Numbered from the stretch's first letter, positions 13,736-26,410 are shown. The stretch is 64,000 nucleotides of DNA from Octopus sinensis (GCF_006345805.1 NC_042998.1:44764001-44828000), one strand, 5' to 3'. Numbers and translations are program-made. Notes: generated from the sequence alone by a model not told the origin.

Positions 13736-14775
13736 TAATAGTGTATATCATCATTAGGAGAGAGACAGATAGTTGTTTAGATGTTTGAAAAGAGAAGCAA
13801 ATAAAAAACAGAAGAAAGAATGGTTGGCAGAAAGGAGAAGGGAATCGGTTTACTCAGAAAATACAATCGACTGTGATTGTGTTTTCTGAGAGATTGCGAA
13901 AGAGAGCGAGTGAGTGTCAAAGGCAGAGAGAGTAAGAGAGAGACAGGTAGAGAGACGTTAACTAGCAGTATATTTATATTTTAAAATGCATTTTGGTATG
14001 TCTTTCCATATCTTTATCATCCACATTTTGATTCCTAACCCGATAGCATATCTTAATGCCTTAAAACGCCTGCTTTATTAGTTTCCTCAATTATTTCTTT
14101 GTGGGCTTCCATATTTTCTGCACACTGTTCATTTTTCTTGTCGAGTTAATAAACTTTGAACTTGAAAATTTTAATTATTTATATTCAATTTGCCAGTATT
14201 TTAAGTAAAGCTGTATTTTATACTTTGTATTTTAAATTTAATCATTTCAAGTAGGTTAATCGCCCTTAATAATACTTAATTATATTATCTTAATTATTTT
14301 AAACGTTTTAACTAGTTTTTAATGAATCTTCGGAAGTAAACTCACAAAGCTTCCCTGGAAAGATTTGAATCAATTTATCGACCGCACATTGTCAGAGTTT
14401 TCAGATGGAAACCTTAGGGTATCTGTTTCGTCTCTCAGTGCTCTGAGCTCAAATCAAATCAAGGTCAACTGCGCCTTGCATTCCTTCGGAGTCGATGAAA
14501 CCGTAATACTGAGGCTGGTGGAATCGTAAACACGCCGGGAAAAATGCTTAGCGGCATTTCGTCCGTCTTTACTCTCTGAGTTCAAAGTCCGCGAAAGTCG
14601 ACTTTGCCTTTCATCCCTTTGGGGGGTCGATAAAATAGGTACCAGTTAAACACTGGGGTCGATGTAATCAACTTATTCTTCTCCGAGCTTGCTGGCCTTG
14701 TGCCAAAATTTGAAGTCATTAATGCATGTAGAAGTTATTTTCAATTTAGCCACACATATACTGTTTAAGATTATA

Positions 14776-15146
14776 CAGAAATCCGTCTCCATATCGCGGT
14801 TCACCTATCGAGGATTATTATTTAAGCACACGTCTGTTCCTCCGTGGTGTTGTTTAGCACTTATAATAAAATAAATAGAAACATTATTATCTCTAAATCT
14901 CTCAAAGAGAGATATTCAGTAAAGATTCTTTGAAGTAAAGACTATTTGCCAACATAATGTGGCTGCCCTGGGGGGAACGATTTTTACTGTTGTTTAGCCT
15001 CAGGAAACATCGTTTCCAGCTGGCTATACGACAGAATACCTGTGTCCTTATATTTTCGAACAGAGCATCCAGCATATCCATCCAGTACAAAGCAACATCG
15101 CGGGGGGGTTTGGAACGTAGCACCCACGATAGTCGAGGGATTACTG
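14776..15146. mobile_element. Tigger/pogo-like MITE (Tc1/mariner superfamily)
   Basis: Right end CCACGATAGTCGAGGGATTACTG followed by TA; degenerate left end TA-CAGAAATCCGTCTCCATATCGCGG. Confidence 0.5.
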
Positions 15147-15716
15147 TAAATATATATATATATATATATATATACATACACACACACACATATATATATA
15201 TACATAAATACACATACATATATCCATTATCTTTTACTTGTTTATATATGGTGGGATTCTTCCAGTTTCCGTCAACCAAATCACTCATAAGGCTTTGGTC
15301 AACCAGTGCCCATAGCAGAAGACACTTTCACAAAGTAGTACGCAGTAGTAGGACTGAACCCGAACCTATGTGTTTGGCAAGCAAAGCTCTGACCCTTGCC
15401 CTTCTAAAAATATGGATCACTTTACGAATTTGGATGTCATATATAGTGATCTTGCTTATCATATTTGTTTATACAATTATATAAAAGAAAAACTTGGAGG
15501 CCATATTTGGGGTGTATTAATTTTTTGTAGTAGGAATACATGTATTGAATTTTTATTTTTCATTTCTTTTTTATTTCAGTTTGGTTTAATTTACTTCCAT
15601 TTCCCCCCAAACTATAACTATAATTATCATTATACATATTTGCAAAACACGCAACCCTCAAGGATAAATTCTGTTGCTGATTATATTGTATGTATGTATG
15701 TATGTATGTATGTATG

Positions 15717-15750
<34 letters not shown>

Positions 15751-15920
15751 TATCTCTATGTATATATTACATTATACATGGTTTGCCCCTGGCAGGAATA
15801 TGTTATCAAACGAGAAAGATTCTTTTCAAAGAAGTATGAATTCTTAACTTAGAGATCTTTTCAGTCTTTCCTTTATTTCTTTTTCTTTCTTGCATCTCTG
15901 TATGTATGTATGTATGTATG

Positions 15921-15951
<31 letters not shown>

Positions 15952-15956
15952 GTATG

Positions 15957-16029
<73 letters not shown>

Positions 16030-16310
16030 CATACATACATACAGACATAACTTTCTTTATTGGCCACACAAAGCTGAACACAGAGGAGACAAATAGAAAT
16101 GTAGTATTTTCGAAAATGGAAAAGAAAAAGGAAAAAAGAGAAAAAAACGGTAAAATTCCGATCAAGAGGGATCGGGGGGTGATCAAAATGGATTGGGTAT
16201 CACACAATAAATTTTTTAAATGTAAGAAGCAAGATTAGGTTTATCCGCGGAAAGAAAAGCCTGCGGAAAAGACCACGGTAACCTCAAGCAGGGAGGGAAT
16301 AAACACATGA
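16030..16310 (-). mobile_element. Putative 3' UTR and terminus of the L1/Tx1-like LINE
   Basis: Lies downstream of the APE ORF on the same strand, is pyrimidine-rich, and ends in GGCCAATAAAGAAAG followed by simple repeats. Assignment is by position only. Confidence 0.45.
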
Positions 16311-16319
16311 GAGCAAAGT

Positions 16320-16363
<44 letters not shown>

Positions 16364-16394
16364 ACACTCACTCTCTCTCTCTCTCCTTCTCTTT

Positions 16395-17029
16395 TTACGA
16401 TTTACAGGATCATGCTCAAAGTAGTTTCGACCTATAGAATTATCTATCTAAATACAATCTGGGCGACCCGGTTCCGTTGCTCCATGCCCACATTGGCGCA
16501 TTCTGGTGGTCTAGTGGTATCTGTCAGACAGTTGAAAACGTCTGAGCAGGTCTTTGAGGTATTTACATCCCTTCCTATTACTATCTCTGCCCACGGAGTC
16601 TAGATGGGTGTCCAAAGTAGCGGTCCAATCCCCCACTAAAAGTAAAGGTCGAGACGTTCCCAGGAAAACCTCTAGACGTTGAAAGAAATCTGGCCGACCT
16701 GTTAAGGATAGTGCATAAACTGTTACCAGTCGAAAAGCACATCCATTACTGCCATCAACATCCAAGACGACCAGCCTACTCTCCCGGTCTAGGATGCTTG
16801 CTCTTACTTTGAGGTCCAGCCTGTTCCGAAGAAGCACCGCGGTACTGCCGCTGCCCATTCTCGGCAGACACGGAGAAAAATAAATGTCAAAATGTCTGCT
16901 GAACATGTGCTGGAGGGCCCTCAGGTTGTGGAGTCTGGTCTCGCTGGTGGCTATGATATGCACATTCTGTGACTTGATGTAATTTAGCAGGTAGCCTTGT
17001 TTCCAAGGTGACCCCCAAGCCACGTACAT
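16395..17029 (-). pseudogene. LINE ORF2 apurinic-like endonuclease (L1/Tx1 type), truncated before RT
   Basis: Track ORF 16511..17029: IIATSETR...SRLVVLDVD...FRLVTVYA...LLLVGDWTATLD...LSDRY, continuing after a frameshift as NAPMWAWSNGTGSPRLYLDR. These are APE motifs. Confidence 0.85.
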
Positions 17030-17145
17030 TTATACTACCTATTTTGAGAATGTTCCTATCGAAAGTTCTGTTTTACAAACAAAAGGAAGACGAAAGAATG
17101 AGAGAGAGAGAGAGAGTCACTTACTGTCCGAAAGTTGTTTGTCCT

Positions 17146-18500
17146 TCACCTCACAATCTTCTTCCAGATGGTTTTTGTACAGTTTTTAGAGAGGTATTTT
17201 TGAAATCTCCCTACTGCATCCGGGTAGACAGATTTCAGTGTGTTGTGTATGTTTTGTGTTATGTGTATGATTTTAATGTGTTGTGGTGGTATTGTACGTG
17301 AGTGATTATTTGTTTTGGTATTGTTTTCTGTTATGTTGGTGTTTAACCTAATGTGTTCCATTAGGTCTGGATTGTTAGTGTTTATAACGGTCAACATTGT
17401 TGGGGAATTTGGTGTTAATGCTTTTGTTTTCTGCTGGTGTTTTGGTTTCGGGAGTGGTAAACCTCCCTGCTTTGTTTGTCTGCTTCTCTATTCTCCTTTT
17501 TCCCCTTCTTTTCATCCCTCCTTTGGCCACTTGCCAATCCTCTGTGTCGTCTTCATCTGACGACATGTGGGAGGAATCAAAAGGTGGGAGAGGAAGGGTA
17601 TTAGGGTCTATTTCTGAGTGTGTTGATTTTGTTGTTGGCGTTGCTGCTGGTTGGTGAGAGTTGGGATATGGTGTATGGGGTTTGGGAAGGGGTATAAGTC
17701 CTTTTGGTTTTCTCGTCTTCCTCTGGAGTTATTGCTGTTGTTGGTGGTAGTGGTGGTGATGGTGTTGTTTCTGTTCTTGATGGCGCTGATGGTGGTGTCG
17801 TTTGGTTGGGCTGGCTTGTTGGTTGCTGATGTTCCTTCATTTGTTTGTAGAGCTGTTTTATCACTTGTGCATATGGCGGTGTGGCTAGCAGTGCTGGTTT
17901 TTTTCTTGTTGGTTTTCTTGTGGTTATTGTTGTTGTTCTTGGTCTTGTTGTTGCTGTTGTTATTGTTTCTGTGCTAGTGGGCAATTGATTTTCAGGTGTG
18001 ATTTGCTACCACAAACGTAGCAACGTATCTTTCTACCTCCGACGGCCACATGCAAATTCGAACCGTCTGCCAGTTTGATTAGACGTGGAATCCTTTCAAT
18101 GCTGATTGGATCAACCTGAGCAAAGATTTCCACTCCGTGACCAATCCAGTTTTGCTGGTCCACGACAGCGATTTCCAAGATATGGATTGCCCCCTCGATA
18201 ACGTAACAAATGGTAGACACAAGCCATTATAAAATGTATCTCAGGGGACACATCTTTGATTGTTATTTTTGTGACCCTACGATCAAGGTATGTAGGGGTC
18301 ATCATTAAGTTCTTGCATTCAAAAGAATTTGTGGAAAGGTCCTTGGCTCGTTCTTCACTGTCGAATCTAACTTCGATAGATAGAGAGAGAGGGGGAAGAG
18401 AGAGGGAGGGAGAAAAGAGAGAGAGAAAGAGATATCTGGTACACAAATCACAATATCAAATTCGCTAGCGTGGGTAATATTTGTCTCACTTGGTGTACAT
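17146..18500 (-). pseudogene. LINE ORF1 (gag-like, CCHC zinc knuckle), frameshifted and interrupted by a (TC)n tract
   Basis: IEVRFDSEERAK...RRVTKITIKDVSPE / ...RKIRCYVCGSKSHLKINCPL (CX2CX4HX4C), followed by a T/P/K-rich linker and SSDEDDTEDWQVAKGG. Directly upstream of the APE ORF on the same strand. Confidence 0.75.
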
Positions 18501-18761
18501 ATATGTGTGCATACTTCTGTGTGTGTGTATGTGTGTGTGTACATGTGTTTGTGTGTGAGCGTGCGCATGTGTGTATGTATGTATATGAATATATATATAT
18601 AATTGGTATGTGTGTGTGCGTATATATATATATTATATATATATATATATTATATATAATATATACATGTATAAAAATATATTACATATATATATAATAT
18701 ATATGTATATATATATATATTACATATAGATATATACATATATACATATAGATATACATTA

Positions 18762-18821
<60 letters not shown>

Positions 18822-19252
18822 TATAAACATACCTGTATATATAATACACACTCACGCACGCACACAACACACTCACACATAAACATATATATGAACAATC
18901 CAGTGATACTCATAAAGAAAAGCTCTTTTAATGGATCAGGCTACAAACTACTTAGTAAACCAAGATGGAACAAAGCGATGCAATGTGTAGTCCGGTGCAT
19001 TTGAAATCCAGTAAATACATTTGATAAAGATAATCCTTTGACCTGATGAGCAAGTCTTTATACCTGTATTGATTTATAGAATATGCAACTGAATTATATA
19101 ATCTATATTAGATACATTAATATGCAATTTATCGTTTATTTATCTATTATGCACTAAAATAAATTGCTTTGGTATGACGAAGGCTGCGAAACGATCATCC
19201 ATTTATGGATATCAACTCGTGAAATGATTTTTTCTTCCTATACGTTCTCTCT

Positions 19253-19284
<32 letters not shown>

Positions 19285-19287
<3 letters not shown>

Positions 19288-19580
19288 TGTGACCGACCAG
19301 ATCATCAGATGTGGTTACACATCGCTGGTCACAATGCATTCGCATTGTTTTAACCTTCGAATTACGCCACCCTGTCGGCTAAGCGAGCAGGCCAACAGAA
19401 GAAAGAGTGGGAGAAAGAGTGGTGAAAGAGTACAGCAGGGATCACCACCCCCTGCCGGAGCCTTGTGGATCTTTTAGGTGTTTTTGCTCAATAAACACTC
19501 AGAATGCCGGCCTGGGAATCGAAACCACGATCCTACGACCGCGAGTCCGCTGCCCTAACCACTGGGCCATTGCACCTCCA
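19285..19580 (-). mobile_element. tRNA-derived SINE family C
   Basis: Reverse complement starts GGAGGTGCAATGGCCCAGTGGTTAGGGCAGCGGACTCGCGG, the same head as 28845, 36093 and 54338. Confidence 0.85.
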
Positions 19581-19612
19581 CACACACACACACACACACA
19601 TAATATTAATAT

Positions 19613-19659
<47 letters not shown>

Positions 19660-19670
19660 TATATGTATTG

Positions 19671-19708
<38 letters not shown>

Positions 19709-20262
19709 ATATATATATATGAATATATATATATGTATGTATGTAGATATGTATGTATGTGTATACGCATGTATGTATTTATGTATGCATGTATGCATGT
19801 ATGTATTTATGTATGCATGTATGTATGTATGTATTTATGTATGTATTTATGTATGTATGTATGTATTTATGTATGTACTATTAATAAGATAGACGGGGGG
19901 AGACCTTCATCGACGGGAGGAGGTAGTGCTACCCATGGTCAAGAGGGTTGCTGCTGCAAGACCCTATGTCTGGCAACAGGACTCTGCACCATGTTACACA
20001 AGTAGGAGATCTTACCAAACGGTTGCGCATAAAGAATATAATGGAGTGTTAGGTAACAACAGAGTGTTAGGTAAACAATAGAGAGCAGTCACCATATTCC
20101 TTATAATAACGGCTAACTCTGATGAGCGTAAAGTTATATAATCGGATTGTTACCTAACACTGCATTGCATTCTTTACGCCAAAATGACTGGTAAGAACAC
20201 TCGTGATGAATATTTAATACTATACATTTCAGATTTTATATATATATGTATGCATATATATA

Positions 20263-21511
20263 TCAGGTCATCCCATAAGTTCTGTCCGAATTTTGAATAA
20301 AGAAAACCAAGTGATCAAATGTTATATTTAATTGACGTTTAATCATCAATATACTTTCCCTGATTACCTATGACTTCCTTCCATCTTTTTACAAACTTTT
20401 TAATCCCATCAATGTAAAACTCTTTTGGTTTCAAAGCAAAGAACTCTGAAATGTCAGTTTCGACCTCTTCCTGGCTTGCGAAAGCTATATCCCCCAAATG
20501 ATTCTGTAAACTACGAAGCAAGGGATAGTCCGAAGGAGCAAGGTTGGGAGAATAAGGTAGAAGAGGATTTTTTCCCAACCAAGCTCTTCGATCTTCTGTG
20601 ATGTGATTTTTGCAGCGTGGGCTCGTGCATTGTCCTGATGAAACATCACTCCTTTTCGATTCACTAAAGCGGGTCTTTTTTTCTTCAAAGCTTGGTTCAA
20701 ACGCTCTAATTGCTGACAGTAGACTTGAGCATTGATTGTTGCATTAGGTAGTAACAATTCAAAGTGAATTACACCTTTGCAATCCCACCAGATAGAGAGA
20801 AAAACATTTTTCTATGAAGTTCCCTACTCGGTTGTGCTTGAGCTTTTTCCCTTTTACCAAGCCACTGTTTACGACGTTTAACATTTTGATAGAAGATCCA
20901 TTTTTCGTCACCAGTCACAAGTCTAACCAAAAAGAATGAAATGAGTTCACGAGAATGGGGAGAAAAGCAGATGTCAACTTGGGATTTGCGGTTGCTTTCG
21001 GACAATTCACGAGACACCCATTTTCCAAGTTTAGGAACCAAGTTGTTGAAGATGACAATGAGCAGTTGTATGGTTTGAACTAAGCTTTATTGCCAATTCT
21101 TCAGCTGATAATGCAGGATTTTTTTCAAGTAATGCCTCAAGGAATTTACCATCAAATTCAACTGGATGTCCTGTTCCATCTTCAGGGCTGAAATCTCCGC
21201 ATATAAATTTTTGAAACCGTCTTCTGCAAGTTCTTTCATTCAAGCATTCTTTCCCATAAATTGAGTGCATGTTTCGAGTCGCTTCGGCTGCAGAGTTTCC
21301 CTTTTTGTACTCATAAAGCATCACCATGTTAAAAAGGGTTTAATCAAACAAATTTTAATTTTACTATTCTGTAACATAATATTTAATTAGTTTAAATGTA
21401 CACAAATGCATAAAAATAATTTATACTTCCATTAGACATTCTAAAATACTATTAAATTTCATTCAATTTTTTGAAAAGGTAAAATTGAGCAGACCTTATG
21501 GGATGACCTGA
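20263..21511 (-). mobile_element. Near-full-length mariner (DD34D-type) transposon with frameshifted transposase
   Basis: TIRs TCAGGTCATCCCATAAG.. at both ends with TA duplication. Four consecutive ORFs give the HTH region, WV[S]RELS, VTGDEKW, FHQDNARAH and YSPNLAPSDY. Confidence 0.93.
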
Positions 21512-21787
21512 TATATATAAACATGTGTGTGTATGCATATATGTGTATATATATATATATTATATATATATATATATATATACACCAAAATTCTATAATT
21601 ATAAGCACATTTATCACTATGCTTATAATTATAGGATTTTTGCATAAGGTTACCGATAATGGTTCTCTTAACATACCCATCTAATTGGTAAGATTATTAA
21701 TTATTAATTGATTAATAAATTTTACCATTTATTATTATTGATATTTATGTATGTATATATATATATATTATATATATATATATATAT

Positions 21788-21899
<112 letters not shown>

Positions 21900-21906
21900 T
21901 ATATAT

Positions 21907-22755
21907 TCATAATTAATCAATATAGGGTGGCAAGGAAAATTTTGTAGAATTTATTGCCACCAGCGGCCCAGTGGGAAAAAATTAAATAGTCATAGACCAT
22001 TTTTAAGTTCAACATTAACAATTAAGGAACGGCCATAATAGGCCATTCACCCACTAGAAATAACAGCCAAAGCTTCTACCGCAAATAAAGATTAATTCCG
22101 TAAAAAAAAACATTTACCCTGTAATTTCTTGTACGGTATACCGTTACAAGAAATTACAGGGTAAATGTTTTTTAATTTTCTCCTGTTTACGGAATTAATC
22201 TTTATTTGCGGTAGAAGCTTTGGCTGTTATTTCTAGTGGGTGAATGGCCTATTATGGCCGTTCCTTAATTGTTAATGTTGAACTTAAAAATGGTCTATGA
22301 CTATTTAATTTTTCCCACTGGGCCGCTGGTGGCAATAAAATTCTACAAAATTTTCCTTGCCACCCTATATTGATTAATTATGAATTTTTTGGTTAATTCC
22401 GTAATGGAATCGACGGCTGATATTTATTTGCTGCCGATAAATTTGGCGCGAGTGCGACGATTTGAAAATTTTAGGTCAGATATTGCCTTGGCAAGATTGG
22501 GTATGCCTCGTGTAAATATCTGTTCCGACTTGAGCTATTTCTTGCTAAAGAATCCGAGGGCTTATGGAAGATTGGCTTGATTTAATTAATCAGGTTAGTT
22601 TACCATTAAACAGCGGATGAAACGGTATACCGTACAAGAAATTACAGGGTAAATGTTTTTTAATTTCTCTGTTTACGGAATTAATCTTTATTTGCGGTAG
22701 AAGCTTTGGCTGTTATTCTAGGGGTGAATGGCCTATTATGGCCGTTCCTTAATTG

Positions 22756-22758
<3 letters not shown>
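21907..22758. repeat. About 475-bp near-perfect palindrome (21907-22383) plus a direct partial repeat of its right arm (22622-22758)
   Basis: Centre ACGGTA|TACCGT at 22138/22139; arms match base by base apart from one short indel; flanked by (TA)n on both sides. Confidence 0.92.
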
Positions 22759-22796
<38 letters not shown>

Positions 22797-22847
22797 TATG
22801 TTTGTATGCATGTATGTATGTATATATATAAACACTCACACACCCAT

Positions 22848-22912
<65 letters not shown>

Positions 22913-23606
22913 ATGATAAGTCAGCCGTGCTGATTCACAAAACTAACACACAAAATATTATATATATATATATATATATAATATCAAAATGTGACACATA
23001 CAGACACGTATGTACATACGTATCTGTACTTCTCGATTTCTAAATGGTAATGAAGTTTCATATGTTTAAATTTGTTTACTGAAGGTTTTCTGTAACGGGC
23101 AGAGAAAGTGATCTAAGGGAGATAACTTTACTAATACATACGGTAGTTATGTACCTTGACACTTACTTTTTGCTCCTTGCACTTTTTATATTTTTGTAAA
23201 TAATAAATATTTTGCAGTTATATTTAAAATGTATTATATATATATATATACATACATACATACATATATATATACATATATATATATATATAATATTCTT
23301 AGTTAGAATAACAGTGGTAATTAAGTTAGACTGTTATCCTGAAGTTGTTTTAAAGAGAAATATTTTAAAGGGAATTGGATGCACAAACACACATACACGC
23401 GCGGATGCGCATGTGTGTGTGTATGTGTGTGTGTGTGCGCGCGCGTGCGTGCGTGCGTGTGCGCGCGGATGTCTGTTTGGTGTATGCGTATGAACGTGTG
23501 TGCATACGTTTATATCGATGGACCATTAATAAGTTTACAAATCCATGTGGCTGGTCAAAATGTGTTCTAAATTGAAAACTGAACGAAAACATAAAAATAC
23601 TTTACA

Positions 23607-24165
23607 TAGTAATTTGGGATAGAGAAGTGAAACTGCATACACTTGTGGAAATAAGCTGTTTCGCGGATGTTAACGTAAAGCTAAAGATCAGCGAAAGAGA
23701 AAGCACCTGGGCTGAACTATTGAAATTTTTATAGTTACAATACCCAGATTTCAAGTTTAGGTTTATACCTGTAATTATTGGAGCCCTGGGAATATATTAT
23801 ACACTGACTAAGTGCCAATCTTGAGAAATTAGGCTTGTCGCAATCAGAAAGGAGAAAGCTGTTTCAAAGTCTACAGGTCCAATCCATCACTGGACCTGTA
23901 AAAATCTGTAAAACTTTCAAGAAATTTAGCATTTAAATTATATGTCTAGATATGCAACTATATGCCTGAGAATACATACGTAAAGCAAAACATACAAATC
24001 TACATACATACATACATAACATACATACATACATACATACATACATACATACAAAAATATCATGTTGTTGACGGTGAAATTCAAATAAAGGCGCCTTGGA
24101 TTTAGGGTACAAACCGGTTCTTTCTGTATTGGCAAGAAATCTTGGAATAATACTGAACAATGACA
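23607..24165 (+). pseudogene. RLE-type (R4/Dong/NeSL-like) retrotransposon 3' end: endonuclease tail plus 3' UTR
   Basis: IWDREVKLHTLVEISCFADVNVKLKISERE...L*LQYPDFKFRFIPVIIGALG...LEKLGL...LQVQSITGPVKICKTFKKF*, followed by a UTR with (CATA)n. Confidence 0.8.
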
Positions 24166-24774
24166 GACATACATACACAGTTCGAAGTACATGAATTCTT
24201 ACAAATACATCTATATTACCAAACTAGTTTCCAGCCAACATTTAAGCTTGCCATTCAACACACATCACTGGTTATTCAAGTCAAAGTCATCATAGCAACA
24301 TTGACATGACAGAATATACAAAATATTTCTTTTCCTTTTTCTATATATTTTTAAATACAATTGTTTATTACTCGTGTGTGTGCGTGTGTGCGTGTGCGCG
24401 CGCGCTTGTAGCTTTTATATATGTCTCGATACGCAAAATGACTTTTATGCGTGGGATTTTTCGTCAGTCACGGAAAAATGTAAGGGAAATAACTTTGTTG
24501 TTAATTCGTCGCGGTTATTTACCTTTGTATATTTTTTTTACCATCGCTTTGAGGGTGGTATCTCCCGACTTGTCATTCACCGAAATGAACCACATAATGT
24601 GACGGCAGTGTCAATATCTATAAACCAATAATAGGTACCACTGCATGACAATTGCTAACAGCTGAAATGGATAATAGAATATTAGTACGCGTGTGTGCGT
24701 GTGAATGTGAGTCCGCGCGTGTGTGTATGTGTGTGTACACGTGTATACATACATACATAGTCATATCTGTGTGC

Positions 24775-24814
<40 letters not shown>

Positions 24815-25149
24815 CCTGGGTTTCCTTCGCCCTTCATTGTACGGAGTAAGCCGCATTATTGGGATCTCTCCTTGCATGATAGTTTCATGCTCTCCTGCTA
24901 TTTGCTCCCGACTAAACTAAGCGAGTTTGTTGCACTGGAATGATTCATATTCTTGTCATATTTGGTTCTTTACTGCCTTAAAAAGTTGTTTGTCTTCTGC
25001 TCTGCGAGAAAGACCCATAGTGCCAACTTTCTCAAGCGCTTGTATTTAAACGGCCGCACTCTTGACGTTCTATGTCAGCTGTGAGAGTGAAGCTCAGAGA
25101 CTCATACGAAAAGAGTGAAGCCAACAGTCTTGTGCTGCTTGTGATTTAG

Positions 25150-25370
25150 AGTTCTATATTTAAGAGATAAGGAATTATGTACATTATTTACATTATTTAC
25201 AATTGACGGATATTTGTCCTCATCTTGTTTGTTGTTAACACAACGTTTTGGCTGATATACCCTCCAACCTTTATCAGGTGTCTTGGGGAAATTTCGAACC
25301 TGGGTTCTCATTCCTAAGGTACTTATCGATGTTGTTGTTGTTGTTGTTGTTATCATCATCATCATCATCA

Positions 25371-25451
<81 letters not shown>

Positions 25452-25514
25452 TCACTGCCTGGAATTTAACTCGGAATCTTGGGGTTAGTAGCCCGCACTC
25501 TTAACCACTACGCC
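25150..25514 (-). mobile_element. tRNA-headed SINE with internal (AAT/GAT/AAC)n tract and a 3' hammerhead-like module (mutated core, 25237-25282)
   Basis: Reverse complement: GGCGTAGTGGTTAAGAGTGCGGGC...GAGTTAAATTCC (A/B-box-like), triplet tract, then GACAC-CTGATAA-A-GGTTG..CAGCC-AAAACGTT-GTGTT. Confidence 0.75.
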
Positions 25515-25573
25515 CACGGGCATATGGCGTAGTGGTTAAGAGGAATGAGAACCCAGTTTAGAAATTTCCCCAA

Positions 25574-25619
25574 AACACCTGATGAAGGCTGGAGGGTATA
25601 TCAGCCGAAACGTTGTGTT
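25574..25619 (+). ncRNA. Minimal type I hammerhead ribozyme motif (canonical core)
   Basis: AACAC-CTGATGA-A-GGCTG(GAGGGTATAT)CAGCC-GAA-ACGT-T-GTGTT: 5-bp helix I, 5-bp helix II, palindromic ACGT helix III, predicted GUU cleavage after 25614. Activity untested. Confidence 0.75.
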
Positions 25620-25689
25620 AACAACAAACAAGATGAGGAAAAATATCCGTCAAATGTAAATAATGTAAACAATGTATTGTTTGGGAGTG

Positions 25690-26410
25690 GTTTAAAACTG
25701 AGCTGCTGTCCATGCTCAAACTAGATCCTAAATATTTTAAAGTTGTCTATGTCGCCAAGTTTTTCTCCATTCATCATAATATTGGTTATTGCTTTATGGT
25801 CCCGTATCCTGATGGCAATGTTGGGACTTTTGGTACGATGCAGTGGCGCGCCATTCTACTATTAGGCAACTTCCATTGGTAAAGTTTAATATAAATCCTT
25901 CCTGTATTTTCCAGATATTATACATCAGTGCATATATTTCTCGACTCTGTTCCAGGGAGTAGAATCAAAGCTTTTTCAGCCTCCTCCAGTAGCTGACACG
26001 TCTCATTGAGGCGATTTTGGTGTAGCTTCGCTGGATTGCTTCGAATTCTGCCATTAATTTTACAGAGTGGTAACCATAATTGGGAGCTGTAGTCTGGACG
26101 GCTGACGACAAATGTCCTCCAGAGGACCATCATGGTTTCCTGTTCTCTCTTTCTGAAAGTTCTAAAGCTCCATCCGGCCAGCTGTTTGCGTTTAATTGCC
26201 AACTTACTAATATGCACCTGGAACGATGAATCATTACAAATGTCGATGCGCTGATTTTGATTTAGGGGTTGCAATCTCTCCTGGAGCAGTGTGTTTTGTC
26301 TGCATTTCATTTAGCTTTCTGTGCTGGTAGTGCAGAGATTGAAATTTTCCAGCATGAAACTGCATTTTATTGTCCTCAGCCCACTTGTATCCAGAGGGTC
26401 CTGTATCATT
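25690..26410 (-). pseudogene. CR1/L2-group LINE fragment (RT C-terminus and downstream region)
   Basis: WAEDNKMQFHAGKFQSLHY...SFQVHISKLAIKRKQLAGWSFRTFRKREQETMMVLWRTFVVSRPDYSSQLWLP, with frameshifts. Confidence 0.75.

Noticed and set aside
18940-19063. Possible minus-strand exon (IKTCSSGQRIIFIKCIYWISNAPDYTLHRF)
   Set aside because: Weak polypyrimidine tract, two open frames and no recognisable homology.
25102-25504. Poly-I, poly-L and poly-M ORFs (also 35344-35661, 27415-27943, 38835-39371)
   Set aside because: Trinucleotide repeats open in several frames on both strands; no unique coding context.
25450-25514. tRNA gene-like sequence (also the heads at 28845, 31449, 36093, 54338)
   Set aside because: A/B boxes are present, but each continues into a repeated SINE body and no full cloverleaf is supported.
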